A stretch of DNA of 61,550 nucleotides, filler included, from 13 parts of 13 records of this genome joined end to end with filler, not necessarily neighbours in it, one strand, 5' to 3'; positions 1 through 11,995 are shown, numbered from the whole stretch's first letter. The notes: generated by a model from the sequence alone, not told the origin. Translations and numbers: made by a program.

Positions 1-1
1 T

Positions 2-3000
2 GCGGATGAAGACCGGGTCCAATGCACGGAACTTTGTCTTAAATGCGTCGATGATGACTGGCTCTGGGTCAAGCACCGTGACTCCAGGTGGAGCCTTGGC
101 TTTTGCTTCGGCCACGTGAGAATCAAGTCGGACAGATAATTTGTTCTGGGCTGCTGATACCACTGTACCCTTGCCCTGTCCTCGAATGTCGATCTGTGTG
201 CCTTTCAAGTCGTTCAACGACAAACCGTTCCCAGGTATCCAAGCTTCTGGTTGTTCGAAAGCCTTCGTTCGGGCTGCCTTGCGCATCGATTGGCGCTGCT
301 TGCGCCGCTCGCGCTCCCATTCGGAGACAATCCGCTCAGTGAACAGCGCGACGAACTTCTCGGACATGACCATCCACTCTACCGTACTCATGTCCACAGC
401 CTGCATGCCCAGATTGTCAAATCGAATTGTATGCAGGTTGACAAGTGCCTGGTAGTCGGTGACTTGGCCTCTGTCTTTGTTGATCACATTGACCCAATGT
501 CCAACCAAATCGTCACCTTGCAAATGTGAGCCGTCCATCCATGCAGCGTCATTGTCACCACCTTGCCGTCGCGCGTCCGCCTCTACACGAGCTCGATAGC
601 GATACTCGAACGCGCCCTTCTTTTTCGCAGATTCTGCGGCTTCTTGATCAAGTAGGCTCTTGATGCTGTCCTGCACGTACCGCGCCATCCAACTAGCGGC
701 CCAGTCCTCATCTAGTAGTGCTATCGAGTTCTCCCTTTGCAGCACTACTGAGGTGCGATTCTTGCCATTGATTCTACTCGGTTGGTCATCGAGGTGCGTC
801 TGCACCTGTGCCTTGCCGGACTTCACCTGCAGGACGTTGCCAACCTTGTAACCTCCAGTCTTGGTTCGCCAACGGATAGTCTTGCCAACGTTGCTGCCCA
901 TTGTTGCTTGATCTTGAAGCTCTTTGTTCGTCAACACTATCCATGCATCCTCTTGGTCGTGCACCAATGATCGTGCAGCTTCTTCAGCTCGCTGACGTTC
1001 TTCTTGTATCCTGGCTGCCTTGGCATCTTCATCTTCCTCAACATCAGATGTGCCCGATTTAAATTTGCTGATTTCATCGATAGCCTGAGCCACTGTCCCG
1101 TCGCTCAATGCAAGGCCAATTGTTTCGCCCATGTTCAACAGGTCGCTGCGGTTCAGCGTCCCATCCATCTCTTGATCCAGCATGGAGAACAACGCTTTGG
1201 ATTCGTCCTCTGTAAGCGTGCGCGGTTGATCCACTTCTTCACTAGCTTGTCCCCCGTCGGCTGCCGGTGGCGTCTGTACGGAACTGGGAGTGATCAGAGC
1301 TTCGGCTTCGGCCACTTCCCTGTCGATCAGCTCTATCACTTCTGGCTGGAAAAGCTTCCGGGCTGTGTTGTTTGCAGGCTCCATCATCCAAGCTTCGTAA
1401 GCATCAAACCCGATTGAACCAGTTTCGTCCGGATCAAGCTTGTGGACAGCTCGAGACACCTCGGCAGCCGATAGTTCAACTTCCACGCTGTCGCCTAGTG
1501 CACCAAAGTCATCTACATGGATCACTCCTCGGCCGTTTCGATCTATTGCTTTGAATAGCGTGGCAATGCGCTCTATGCGCATCGCCCCTGGGTCGACAGC
1601 TAGCGCAAGTTTTCGTGCCTTCACTGCAGCCATCCTCGACACGGTATTCGTTATCTTGTTGGCGATTTTGTCGTTCGAAGCCAGCCATTCGGCGAATGCG
1701 TCTGCGTACACTACCTCAGTCCCGTCTGGATCTAGACTCTCCACCGCTGTGGCCTTCTCTTTTTTGGTCATTTTGACTTCGTACTTCTTGCGCAACATAG
1801 GTAGCACATGATCGATGATGACATACCCGAGACCGTCTGGCTCGATTACAGCCCAAACCTCCTCGTGCAGAGGGTCCTGCCAGATGCTATCCTCATCTGC
1901 CTGTGTATCATCTTGCGCACCTGCAAGATTGTCGACTTCAAGGTTGCCAGCTGACTCATCGGCACTGTCTTCTGTCGGGCTGCTCTGCTTGCCCTCCTTA
2001 CCCTTCTTCTTGTTCTTCTTCTTGTTCTTCTTCTTCTTGCCTGCCTTGCCGGAATCGTCATCTTGAGCGACCATGTACTGATCATCGTCCGCCGCCTCGT
2101 ATGGTTCTAGAAGCCTCACGCCGATACGATTCTTCGGGTCGAGCATCCACGCAAAGAATGCGTCGTATCGAAATGTGCCTAGTTCTTTGGGGTCGAGATC
2201 TCTGGCCATTTTGCTCAATTCAGGTCCTGTCAGCTCCGAGCGGGATGGACTAGCTGGACCAGCAGCGTGCAGGTGCTGAATCTCAGCTTTGTCATCCTTT
2301 CCCAAGTCATCAAGCTCGTCAACGGCTTCGAACATCTTCCGCACGGCTAGTTCCCGTTGTGCTTGGGCGTTTGCTGCATCAATCTGGGCCTGTTCGGCTG
2401 CATCCTTTTCAGCTTGCAGATTTATTGCTTCAATCCCTTTCCGAATTTTCCGGACTAACTTGGAGGACCCACTGGCGTACCAGCTCATGAACTCGATGAA
2501 CGTCACGTCCCCGTTCCCGACAGTATCTATCTCCTCCATTGCTCGGTCGAGCTCCTGCACACTGAAGTGCTTTTCCATAACTGCGCCGCATTTGTTGAGT
2601 GTTGCGTGGTAGTTGTTGATGCATGTCTTCCAACGGTACCGTGCAGACGATGGGCCGCTACCCTCTTTCTCAACGCTATCCAGAAATGATTCCACTGTAT
2701 CTGCAGTAGTATCAGCCTTCTCCGCCTTCTTTTTGTTTCTTTTTTGGGGTGCAGACTCCGCCTCCTTCAGCTTGTCACCCTTGATCTTTGCAGCTGCTTC
2801 TACAAGCATCGTTGCAAAGTTGCTGTCCGACGTTAACCAACTACCAAAGGCGACGAGATCGATGAGATCTTCCTCGGCATTCTGAACATCTGAGACGCCC
2901 AGGTCAGTCAGCAAAGCATGCAGATCTTCACTGCTCAAGATCAAAGGGGCGGCTGCAGCCACGATAGCTAACTCCTCATTGACCCACTCCATCAGAGCAT

Positions 3001-3835
3001 CAATTTTGGATTTATCCGCCGCCATTTTCTTCTCCACGAACGCAAGACCGTCCTCACCAGAGCTGGCCAGAATTGCCGTCGTCTTCAGTGCAACGCGAGT
3101 GAGAGGCAGAGCTATCTTACCCACTGTCTTGGTGGCTGCCCACGTACCTTGTAGTGAAAACTTCGTCATTCTATAAGCACCCTCGGCAGCCACCAAGTAG
3201 CGTTCATAGTCGCTATCATCGCCACCCTCATCTGAGTCGAATGCCATTAGAGGTGCGAGCTCCGGCCACTCCAGCGCCATCAACGACGACCGGACCATTG
3301 CTGCAAGGTCACTATCACTAGAGAGCCAGCGTACGAACGTCTCGCAGTTGCACTGCGGTCTACGCTCCGCCGCAGCTTTCCGTTCGGCAGCCGCTTGACG
3401 CCTCTCATCGGATTGTGCTTCCACTGCGGCCGCCGTTTCCGCATCTAGTGCCTGGGCAAGTCGCTCCATAAGCTGGGCCTTTTTCCCGCTCGTGTCCAGC
3501 CCTCGTTTTCGTAGCTCTTTTCGAAGCTGTGGTGCTTTGAAAGAGGCGAAGTCAGCCTTGGCCGCCTGCAGGTGCTGAAATGCTGCTGCTTTCGCAGCAT
3601 TTTCTGCTACGATTTCCTCCGCCTCCAGCTCATCTAGTACAACAGCTTCTCTTCCTGCACGGTCTGACTTGGCATCAGCATGCACCAAGCGCTGGACTAG
3701 TTCTGCCCGTGACCCGTCGGTGCTCAGCTTCTGCTTTTTGAGAGCCTTCTTTAAATGAGATTTACTCATATTGTCGTACGCACTGGCTCCACTAGCCACA
3801 ACTGGGTCCGGCTCCGGCTCCAGCTCCGGCTCCGG
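2..3835 (-). CDS. Partial (>1270 aa) protein with 2 SAP domains, several EF-hands and three SH3/Tudor-like repeats; absent from the ORF track
   Basis: Manual translation of the minus strand shows no stop from 3835 to the window edge. SAP-like: YDNMSKSHLKKALKKQKLSTDGSRAELVQRL and FKAPQLRKELRKRGLDTSGKKAQLMERL. EF-hand-like: IDTVGNGDVTFIEF, IDRNGRGVIHVDDF, LDPDETGSIGFDAY, LDQEMDGTLNRSDL. Open at both ends. Confidence 0.85.
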
Positions 3836-3836
3836 T

Positions 3837-3936
3837 NNNNNNNNNNNNNNNNNNNNNNNNNNNNNNNNNNNNNNNNNNNNTTAATTAATTAANNNNNNNN
3901 NNNNNNNNNNNNNNNNNNNNNNNNNNNNNNNNNNNN
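3837..3936. other. Artificial contig-joining spacer
   Basis: 44 N + TTAATTAATTAA (stops in all six frames) + 44 N. Confidence 0.98.
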
Positions 3937-5265
3937 CCAGAGCCAGAGCCAGAGACAGAGACAGAGACAGAGACAGTAGAGCCTGAGCTAGAACAAGACG
4001 ACGCTGCAATCAGCGGCGCGCACGAACCAACATGGGTTGCGATCAGCAAGGGGGAGTTGCCACCGCCCACTGCTCCCGCTTCCGACGATGGCTTGCCGGC
4101 CATCGACCCTGAGAGCACTGAACACACAAGGCCGTCAGGCTCCCCGCCAATCGTGGCACCTAGCGTCTCGCAGAATGCGCCACGACCGCCGCTGCAGGCG
4201 CCCGCTACTCGCGCTGTGGCTATCGCATCAGAGCCTCTACCCGGTCTGCGTAGAGCAAAGCGACTTCCAGCAGCCCCAACACCTGTGGTGAGGCCGATTG
4301 CATCGCAGACGGTGCGTATCCGGTATCCGCGACCGTCATCTAGAGTACTTTCAGACGATGGCTGGGTGATGGACGCCTGCACTGATAGTGGCAGTGTTCG
4401 AACTGGCGTGGGGAAACCTACTGCTGCTGGATGCAGCGACCCGTGGTCAGTGCGGCAACCTCGCGTATACAAGGAGTCAGATGCCGCGGGCTTAACTCTA
4501 AGCGACTGGTGCACGAAAGGTGTGGGCTCTCCGGTGTCACTACCTCAGCAACCGCAGAGCGACGCAGCGATTGACGAAGAAGCAGGTAGACCTCTCGACC
4601 CCAGTCCCCCGCCCGTTCATCTGTTGCTTTCAGACGACGAAGACGCTTCAGTTGTCGACGCCGATAAGCTGGCCAATAAAGAAGCGGTCGATGTTGATGA
4701 GGACGTTGTGGAGTCACATGAGGACCCTGTCGATGCTGATACCGCTTCCGACAGAGCGCTTGAACAAGCTAAGCCACCGGATGGGCTGAGCAAAAAAGAG
4801 CTCAAATCATGGGAAAAGGAGAGAGAAAAGGAAGAGAAACAACAGAAGAAATTGCAAGCACAAGAAGAAAAGGAGCGTAAGAAGGCAGAGGCAGCAGAGG
4901 CTAAGGCAGCGAAAAAGAGCAAAGGAACACAGGAGCAGGAGCAGGAGGCAGTAGAAAACGATAGTATCGCAGAGACAGTAGATGAGAGCAGAAGTGGCAT
5001 GGCCGAGGACGCAGCATCGGGTACTCTAGCTGCAGATGAAACCGTTGATGGCGCTGCGCCGCCGCCTGACTTAATTGAGGACAAAGCTTCAAAGAAGGCG
5101 CGGGAGAGAGCGGAGAAGGAGCGACAAAAGCTCGAGGCACAAGAGGAGAAGGAACGCAAAAAGGAGCTTGCTGCGCAGGAAAAAGCAGCGAAAAGGGGCA
5201 AGAACAAGAACGTTGAGCCTGAGTCAGCAGTGCCTGACGCCGAGCCTGAGCTCGAGCCAGCGTAA
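3937..5265 (+). CDS. 5'-partial low-complexity, acidic/Lys-rich coiled-coil hypothetical protein
   Basis: Frame is open from the contig edge (PEPEPETETET...) to TAA at 5263-5265. Two similar charged segments (KKLQAQEEKERKK / QKLEAQEEKERKK). Confidence 0.65.
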   Translation, partial: PEPEPETETETETVEPELEQDDAAISGAHEPTWVAISKGELPPPTAPASDDGLPAIDPESTEHTRPSGSPPIVAPSVSQNAPRPPLQAPATRAVAIASEPLPGLRRAKRLPAAPTPVVRPIASQTVRIRYPRPSSRVLSDDGWVMDACTDSGSVRTGVGKPTAAGCSDPWSVRQPRVYKESDAAGLTLSDWCTKGVGSPVSLPQQPQSDAAIDEEAGRPLDPSPPPVHLLLSDDEDASVVDADKLANKEAVDVDEDVVESHEDPVDADTASDRALEQAKPPDGLSKKELKSWEKEREKEEKQQKKLQAQEEKERKKAEAAEAKAAKKSKGTQEQEQEAVENDSIAETVDESRSGMAEDAASGTLAADETVDGAAPPPDLIEDKASKKARERAEKERQKLEAQEEKERKKELAAQEKAAKRGKNKNVEPESAVPDAEPELEPA

Positions 5266-5429
5266 CTGCTTGGCTGGGACTGTGCCTGTATCTACAATAA
5301 AACTGCTTAGCGTTGGTTTGGCCGTAGCGGCAGCCCAAACGCCCCTCGTAAGGCAGCGACAGTACCACAAGTGGTGTACCAGTCAGAACGACCACGCGCA
5401 GACAATGCCTTCCTCGCAATGGCTGCTTC

Positions 5430-5705
5430 AGGTCGAGCGACATTGACGCTCTGCGATCCCGGCCATCGTTACCAGGCATGGTATGCACGGAACTATTTGA
5501 GGTACTTGATTTGTTTCCGACGCTGCAAGAGCTTGCTGGCTTTGAAGTGTCAGCATTCCAAGAAGATGTCTCGCAGGTATCTCTGTTCACTTTCGATGAC
5601 GACGCAGCAACGTCAACACCCCGCACAGTTGCCCTGGCACAGTTTTCACGCTGCATCGCACCAGACAGTGAGCTCGCTGCACAGTAATGGGCGCACAACA
5701 ACTGA
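5430..5705 (+). pseudogene. Possible decayed sulfatase C-terminal fragment
   Basis: ELFEVLDLFPTLQELAGF...VALAQFSRC resembles the sulfatase motif VELVDLFPTLxELAG...SQ(F/Y)xR. It is flanked by a frame change and stops, and no CxPSR motif is seen. Confidence 0.3.
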
Positions 5706-6031
5706 TTTTGGCGAGGAGCTGTATGATCTCAGAGGTGAGGGTTGTTTGGTGACTTCGACATGCAGAGCGACAATCTCGCATCAAGCGAATCGTACAGTCT
5801 AGTACTACAGCAGCTGCCAACTCCGAGCCCAGTTCTCTGGAACCCTAGTGGCTCCCGAGCAGAAATGTGCACTGAAGAAGAGGTACTAGTGGAGCTGACC
5901 GCGCTCAAAATTAGAGCAGCGGAACTCATACAATCCGCCTCGCAATTGAGCACAACCACGACATTACACACGAGCCCCTGCAGACTGCTAGGGGAGGCAT
6001 CATTGAACATATGCCTCGCATTCGACCGCAT

Positions 6032-7171
6032 CTACTGGATCTTCACTTCCAGCCCAGATTCAGGGCAATCGCCGTAGCATGGAACCCAGCCACAGCAAGC
6101 AATGTGCGCGCAGCCCCCAGTCTCATGCTTGTCATCCTTGTAGCCACGGGCGAGCTTGATGAAGCCTTGATTTCCGAACTTTGTGCTCCAGCTATTCTTG
6201 ACAATCCAGTAGTCACCATGGGTCTCGTCTGTGCCGAAGCCGACGAGCGCGATGGAGTGATCGATGCCCTTGGTGCTATTGGCGCACATTTCCTTCGTGA
6301 TGAAGCAGTCGCCGGTAGCTTCGCAGCCCTTCTCACGCAGGCCGAACACGGAAGCATCGACACCCGAGTTCACGGGACCGTTCTTGAAGATCCAAGCAGC
6401 GAGCTGCTCCTCGTCGTTGTGCGCTGGTCCAGTGGTGTTCGTCTGCGCGCGCATTCGTACGCGTCAGCCCACGCGGCAGAAGTCATCTCGCACAGCAACA
6501 GATGCTGGGCAACCAAAACAGAAGGCGCTTGCGGCGCACCCAGCCATTATTAGTACCCGCGATCACCTTGCTCTTGTCATACTTGCACGGGTGTCCAGGA
6601 ATTGGCGGGTTCGTGTCCTTGTAGCCGGCCTCGACGTACGGCGGGTACACATTCATGTCCTCGAATCCGTGACCCGGATCATCAGTGCCCGACCCGGCGA
6701 CATAGCCGAACTGATCCTTTGTCCAGCCGATGCACTCAACGAGCTGTTCCTCGGAGAAGTTGCGCAGGCCGTGGCCTGAGTGCATGGCGTACTGGCCCTC
6801 GAACGCGCAGGTGCGCCCGAACGTCCCGCAGTATCTGCACACCGGAGCGCACACGCCGACCTGAGTTTGCAGTGGGCAGGCGCTGGCCCCGAGCACTGCT
6901 GCGCGCATATCGCTACGCACCCATGGGCACCCTGGTCCTTGGCCGGCGTCACGGCACCCTTTTCGCGCCAGTCCACGCCCTTCGCCAGCGCATGCGCGAC
7001 AAACTCCTCGGAGAAGCGCTCGAACGGCACCGAGTTGCGCAAGTGCAGCTGCAGCTCCGCCTCCAGCGTCCCCGGCTCCATCAGCTTCACCGCCACGCCA
7101 TCGGTCCGGAGCAGGCCGGTTGGCTCGGCGGCTGCGGCCAGGGGCAGTGCGAGGGTGAGCGTGGCGAGCAT
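6032..7171 (-). CDS. Secreted papain-family (C1A) cysteine protease, 3 exons (7171-6921, 6834-6540, 6442-6032), 318 aa
   Basis: Signal peptide; VDWREKGAVTPAKDQG; catalytic Cys in GYCGTF; SEEQLVEC; catalytic His in IDHSIALVGFG; Asn in WIVKNSW. GT-AG introns 6835-6920 and 6443-6539 restore the frame. Confidence 0.92.
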
Positions 7172-7726
7172 CGGGCCTGTCGGTTCCGGGCGTACGTAAC
7201 TGATGCGACTCTATCTATACCAGCAGTGTACCGCGCGACTGCGTGGGGAGCGCGAGCCTGCGCGCCGGCGCTGCGATGGAGAGCCTGCTGCTGCATGGCG
7301 GGACCAACATAGATCTATCAGAACAATTACACTTTACAGCATTGGAATTCCACATGATTCCGAGATAAACATGCGCCGGCATTATTGTAAAAGAAATTCT
7401 CAGTCTAGATATCGCAATTTCCTTGATCCCCGCGCGCCGGCGCGAGTCTCGTGTCTGTCTCTTCAAGACGGACCCTCACCACATTCTCTACGGTACTAGA
7501 TCTATTATAGTACGGTGGATACAACATGTTCTATTGATAATGTGTGCATCGCGTTGTGGAGTTAACCAGCCGCTGTTGTGATCTCGTGCACAAGACCTCC
7601 TGTACCGGTATTGTACCGGTAGGAGGTGGTGTGAGGACTACTAGATCTACCGGGGAGGCTGTGCTGCGTTGCAGCACTGCCTCCGTTATGACAGCGGTGA
7701 CACCGGGCACTTGGCCAAGTGCCCGG

Positions 7727-7826
7727 NNNNNNNNNNNNNNNNNNNNNNNNNNNNNNNNNNNNNNNNNNNNTTAATTAATTAANNNNNNNNNNNNNNNNNN
7801 NNNNNNNNNNNNNNNNNNNNNNNNNN
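7727..7826. other. Artificial contig-joining spacer
   Basis: N44-TTAATTAATTAA-N44. Confidence 0.98.
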
Positions 7827-8376
7827 GACGATTTTGCATGCCAAGCAAACGGGACATGATTCGACATTGGCGCCTTGGCACCTTCGTGTTGAAAGCTAAG
7901 GCATGCATGCGGGCGTCAAAACCAGACCGAATGAACGCACGTTCTTCGCGACCTTCCTGACCGACCTTCCAGACTTTCCACACGTTCCACCTTGACACTG
8001 TTATCCCTCAAAAAACTGTTCACGGATCGTGTACACGCTTACGCGCGGACCCGCGCGCGCTGACTCGACTGACGGCGCGGTGCATGAGCGGAATACCAAT
8101 AGCAATACCGAATACGTAGCCGGCCATCAGCAGCTGCTGCATGAGCCGGCGCGCGCGAGTGGACTGCGCGTTCGTCAGCTCTCTGTGTGTAATTGTCCGT
8201 GGATAGCGCCTCATCACTCTGCAGTCAGCCGAACCACTCAGTCCGGTACACAACGACAGCGGAGGTTTTCCCGCCTATCGCCACCGCCGCTCGCTGGCGA
8301 GCGAGAGTTCGGCACAGATCAACTGGTGGAAAGGATGCTGCCGCGGTGATGTGCTGTACGGCAGTGGCCCCTTGAA

Positions 8377-11058
8377 ATGGGTCCGCCAGTCGGGGCGTCA
8401 CCGCCGAGAACGTTCACGTTTACGTCGCAGGGACGCACGGTGGTGAAGAGTCTGCCCCCGATCGCAGCGAAGCAGCAGCAGGTCGGTGCCACAGCACGAG
8501 ATGCACTCTCTGCAACGTCCATTCACTTTGTGTCGTCTGTATATCTATCAAACACTGAGCTGTCTCTTGACCTGCACGACGTGGTGATGGATGCGTGGTG
8601 ACAGGCGGGAGCTCCGGCCGGCAAGAAGGGTGGGCGCAATGCGCGGCGGCAGCCCAATTCGGAAGCGTCGGGGAAGCGGCGTGCATTGCACACATCCATG
8701 GGCGAGAGGGGTTCTGCAGAGCTGCGGCATCTGCACGGGATCAAGATGCCGAGAACGAGAAATTCCTGTGATGGCAGCGTGGAAAATGCCGGCAGCGGCA
8801 CTTTGCCGACCCCAAGGCACCGCGGCCAGACTCCCTGCTACCTTCCACCGAACCGGCACGCCCGGCTCACGGCGTGCTCCCACCGTGGCGGCAAGCTCCC
8901 GGTCGAGTGGCCTGAGGCACACGACTGGCGGAGAGCTGCGTCTGTACCAGTGCTGGCGCTAGAACCAGTGCCGCCACGCACCCCGATCGAGCTGGGAGTG
9001 GACGAGACACCAACAGTTAACACCGCCAAAACCGCCCACTCCTCAATGCTGGGTCTCGTGGCTGCGCAACTAGGCTGGCGGGAAGACCGATCGGCGGATT
9101 TTTTTGACAGACAACTGCCGAGAGCACACGTGCTGTGGGTCGTTTCGCAGGAGGAGCTCAACAACATCTTGAGCTCGCCGATGCGCCGAGAAAACACACG
9201 GGTGAGCCGTATCCCAGGCATGCACGAGCTCTGCAGAAAGGCCCGCTTTGCGCGGTTGTTGCGGACTAGTGGCGACGGGACGCCGGCAGTCGAACCGAGT
9301 ATCCGCACGTGGGTTTTGCCAGATGAGCGTCCGCCACCTGCTGCTTTCAACCGGGGCCCGCTCATCGTGAAGCCAGATGACGGGTCGCAAGGGACTGGGA
9401 TCTCAATTGCCACCACTCCAGTTGAGCTGGAGCTGATTGCGGCAAAAATGGCTCGTAGGGGCAATGCCATCGCCGTTGCACAAGAATATGTGGACAGACC
9501 ACTGCTCGTGGATGGATACAAATTTGACCTTAGGCTCTACGTCCTGGTACTCAGCCTCCGACCGTTGCGCGTGTTTTTGTGCAACGAAGGCCTTGCGCGC
9601 GTCTGTTCAGAACCTTATCTCGAACCAACAGACTCAGCGACGCGGGAGGAGCGTCTGCGGAGGAACCGGCTGACACGCCACCTAACAAACTATGGTGTCA
9701 GCAAGCACAACGACGCTCATTTCGATGACTGTGACGACCCAAAGGATGGGTCGAGGGGAACGAAACGCACACTTTCCGCCACGCTCGCATACATGCAGGC
9801 CCGTGGCGACATATCAACAGATGTCTGGGGCGATATCTGCGGACTGGTGCGAAAAACAACTCTTGAACTCGGGCGCGCGTGTCGTGACGAGCGGACAGAG
9901 CCAGAGCTGCGGCTTGCAAGTCTGTGGGACAACTCGCCTCCCAAGTCCATTGGAGGCTGGCCAGCCCGTGGTAGTGCATGGAATCCACACAAATTAGGCG
10001 ACAGGGAAAAGCGAGACTGCTTCCAATTGCTTGGTGTGGACATCATTCTCGATGAGCAAGGCACCCCGCATGTACTTGAAGCGAATTGTGGTCCATCCTT
10101 CAACTTCGATAAGGTCGATGTAGTCGGAGCAGCAGCGACTCCACGACAAAGGTCGAAGATACCCTGTCCTCCAATGCATGGAGATGATGCAAATCAAACT
10201 TCTGCAGGTGAAACTGAGAGCTTCGCAGGCTTCCCGTGCGATCTACTGAACTCGCGGCTGCGAGGACACGGCACGAAAGTCTGCCGATGCTCTGCAATAG
10301 TGAAACCACACATTCATCGACCGAGCAAGGTTGATCTGGTCGTAAAGGGCCAAGCCCTCCGTGGACTATGCGAGATTGTCACCCGTGATATCCGCGCAAG
10401 GAGCAATGGCGGCCATGGTGATGGAAGTGGCGAAAGCAGGCCGTGCATCGACAGGTCTAACGCCAGTCGTAGTGGTGCTGGACTCACGGCAAGATCCAAG
10501 GCAAACACAGATATTTGGTCGACTGCAGCACAGTGCAATCCTGCACCTGCCGTGGACAATGCCAGGTCCCAGAGAGGTCAGGGGCAGGAGCAAGAGCAGG
10601 AGCAGGGGCAAGTAGCTAGGTCGGTGGACAACTTATCGCGTACGGCAGTCAGCGCTGCACAGCTGGTTGAAGGGACATCATACTCTGTGATCTGGGCTGG
10701 TGATGAGGATGAGGTCAAGGAATGTGCCGCTCTACCTGACGCGCCGCGGTCAATGCAGCAGCAGGGGCAACAGTCAGAGCAGCAGTCGGCGCAGGAGCAG
10801 GGGCCGGAAAGGCAGCAACAGCAGCAGGAGGAGGAACAGGAGCAGGAGCAGGAAGAGAAAGTCGAGGAGGAGGGGGCGGTGGAAGTGGTTGAAGCTGCCG
10901 TTGGTGTGAATGGGCAGCAACCTCTGGTACTGCCACCTCGAACGCCACCACCGGTACCTGATTCCGACGCCGACGAAGCGGCGGGGCCAAGAGAGGTGAC
11001 AACAGAGAATGCCGCGCCTCCATCCTGGGCAGCAGGCGCAGAAGAATGTGGCAAGTAG
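8377..11058 (+). CDS. Tubulin-tyrosine-ligase-like (TTLL) protein, probable polyglutamylase (TTLL11-like)
   Basis: IVKPDDGSQGTGI, QEYVDRPLLVDGYKFDLRLYVLV, EGLARVC, HLTNY, FQLLGVDIILD...LEANCGPS. Putative first exon 8377-8481 and intron 8482-8604 are in frame with the long ORF; the start is uncertain. Confidence 0.88.
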
Positions 11059-11254
11059 ATGTCTAGGCGATCAATTTCTTCCATCGCTGTCAGTGGTGTG
11101 CCCAGAGATGTAGCGAGGCCAGCGAGCGCCAAGGATGCATTGTCGTCACCTTGACGCAGTTTTCGACGTGTATGAGACGAAAAATGTACTCAGTGCGTAC
11201 AGGCTATGTTAAGCTGGACAAATCACACTTGTCATTCCATGTGATGCTCACGAA

Positions 11255-11995
11255 TCAACGCCTTTCCCTGTTGGCACGAGCCTTTCGCAGCATTGTGCGC
11301 GTTGGAGCGGCTGGTGCTTCGCCAGTTCGCATCGACGCGCGTTCATTTTTTTCGCGCCGATGCCTCAGGCCATCTTCGCGCTCCGATGGCGATACGCTCG
11401 TGAAGTCCAGCTGGCGCAACCAAGGCAGCAAAGCGACGACGTCAGCTCGATATCGGCCTCGGCCTGCCGCTGTGCCGCCGAACGCCACTCCCTTATCCGT
11501 GTGTTTGTGCACTGGTATCTCGGACTCCAAAGGGTTGCCATGCAAGCTGAGCTCGGTCAGCCTCTTCAGTTTTGTCAGCTTGGCCACAGCTGCTAGCGAA
11601 GGGATGTCGTTCGCATGCAGATTGAGCACGAGCAGGTTGACACAGGTATCGGCTAACTCGTCGCCCACGTTGACAAGGTGATTGTGAGAGAGGTCGAGTC
11701 GATGAAGAGATGCCATCGTACCCATGCAGAGCAGTGGCTGCAGTGCATGAACAAACCCGCCCCAGCCGCACAAAGCATTGTTTGCCAGACATATTGCGTC
11801 ATCGACAATCAACCCGTGAGGTCTGATCGCTGCACCTTTCGGGGGAGCATGAAAGCCATCTCTGTAAAACAGCCCGTCCTGATATGAACCGAAAACTTGG
11901 TTGAGATTTCCACTGGCACCCCAATCGATCGTCATCTCGGCAGCCACGTTTTGCTCCTGCAAGTTGCAGCCCCACAGCGGTAGTGGTGTAAGCAT
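11255..11995 (-). CDS. Leucine-rich repeat protein, LRRC51-like
   Basis: LDLSHNHL, LNLHANDI, LSLHGNPLE and LRR cap YRADVVALLPWLRQLDFTSV. Start uncertain (alternative ATG at 11935). Confidence 0.8.
   Translation of the reverse strand: MLTPLPLWGCNLQEQNVAAEMTIDWGASGNLNQVFGSYQDGLFYRDGFHAPPKGAAIRPHGLIVDDAICLANNALCGWGGFVHALQPLLCMGTMASLHRLDLSHNHLVNVGDELADTCVNLLVLNLHANDIPSLAAVAKLTKLKRLTELSLHGNPLESEIPVHKHTDKGVAFGGTAAGRGRYRADVVALLPWLRQLDFTSVSPSEREDGLRHRREKNERASMRTGEAPAAPTRTMLRKARANRERR

Noticed and set aside
88-3176. Many short plus-strand ORFs in the first contig
   Set aside because: Antisense shadows of the long minus-strand ORF
3837-3936. Repeated TTAATTAATTAA flanked by N runs (12 copies), superficially a CRISPR-like or piggyBac TTAA repeat
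   Set aside because: Identical 100-bp spacer with stops in all six frames: an assembly concatenation artefact. Gene adjacency across spacers is meaningless, and ORF tails ending X...LIN are artefacts.
3808-3975. PEPE-coding repeats on both sides of the first spacer, suggesting one gene or an inverted repeat
   Set aside because: Opposite strands on different contigs; assemblies simply break at these low-complexity tracts
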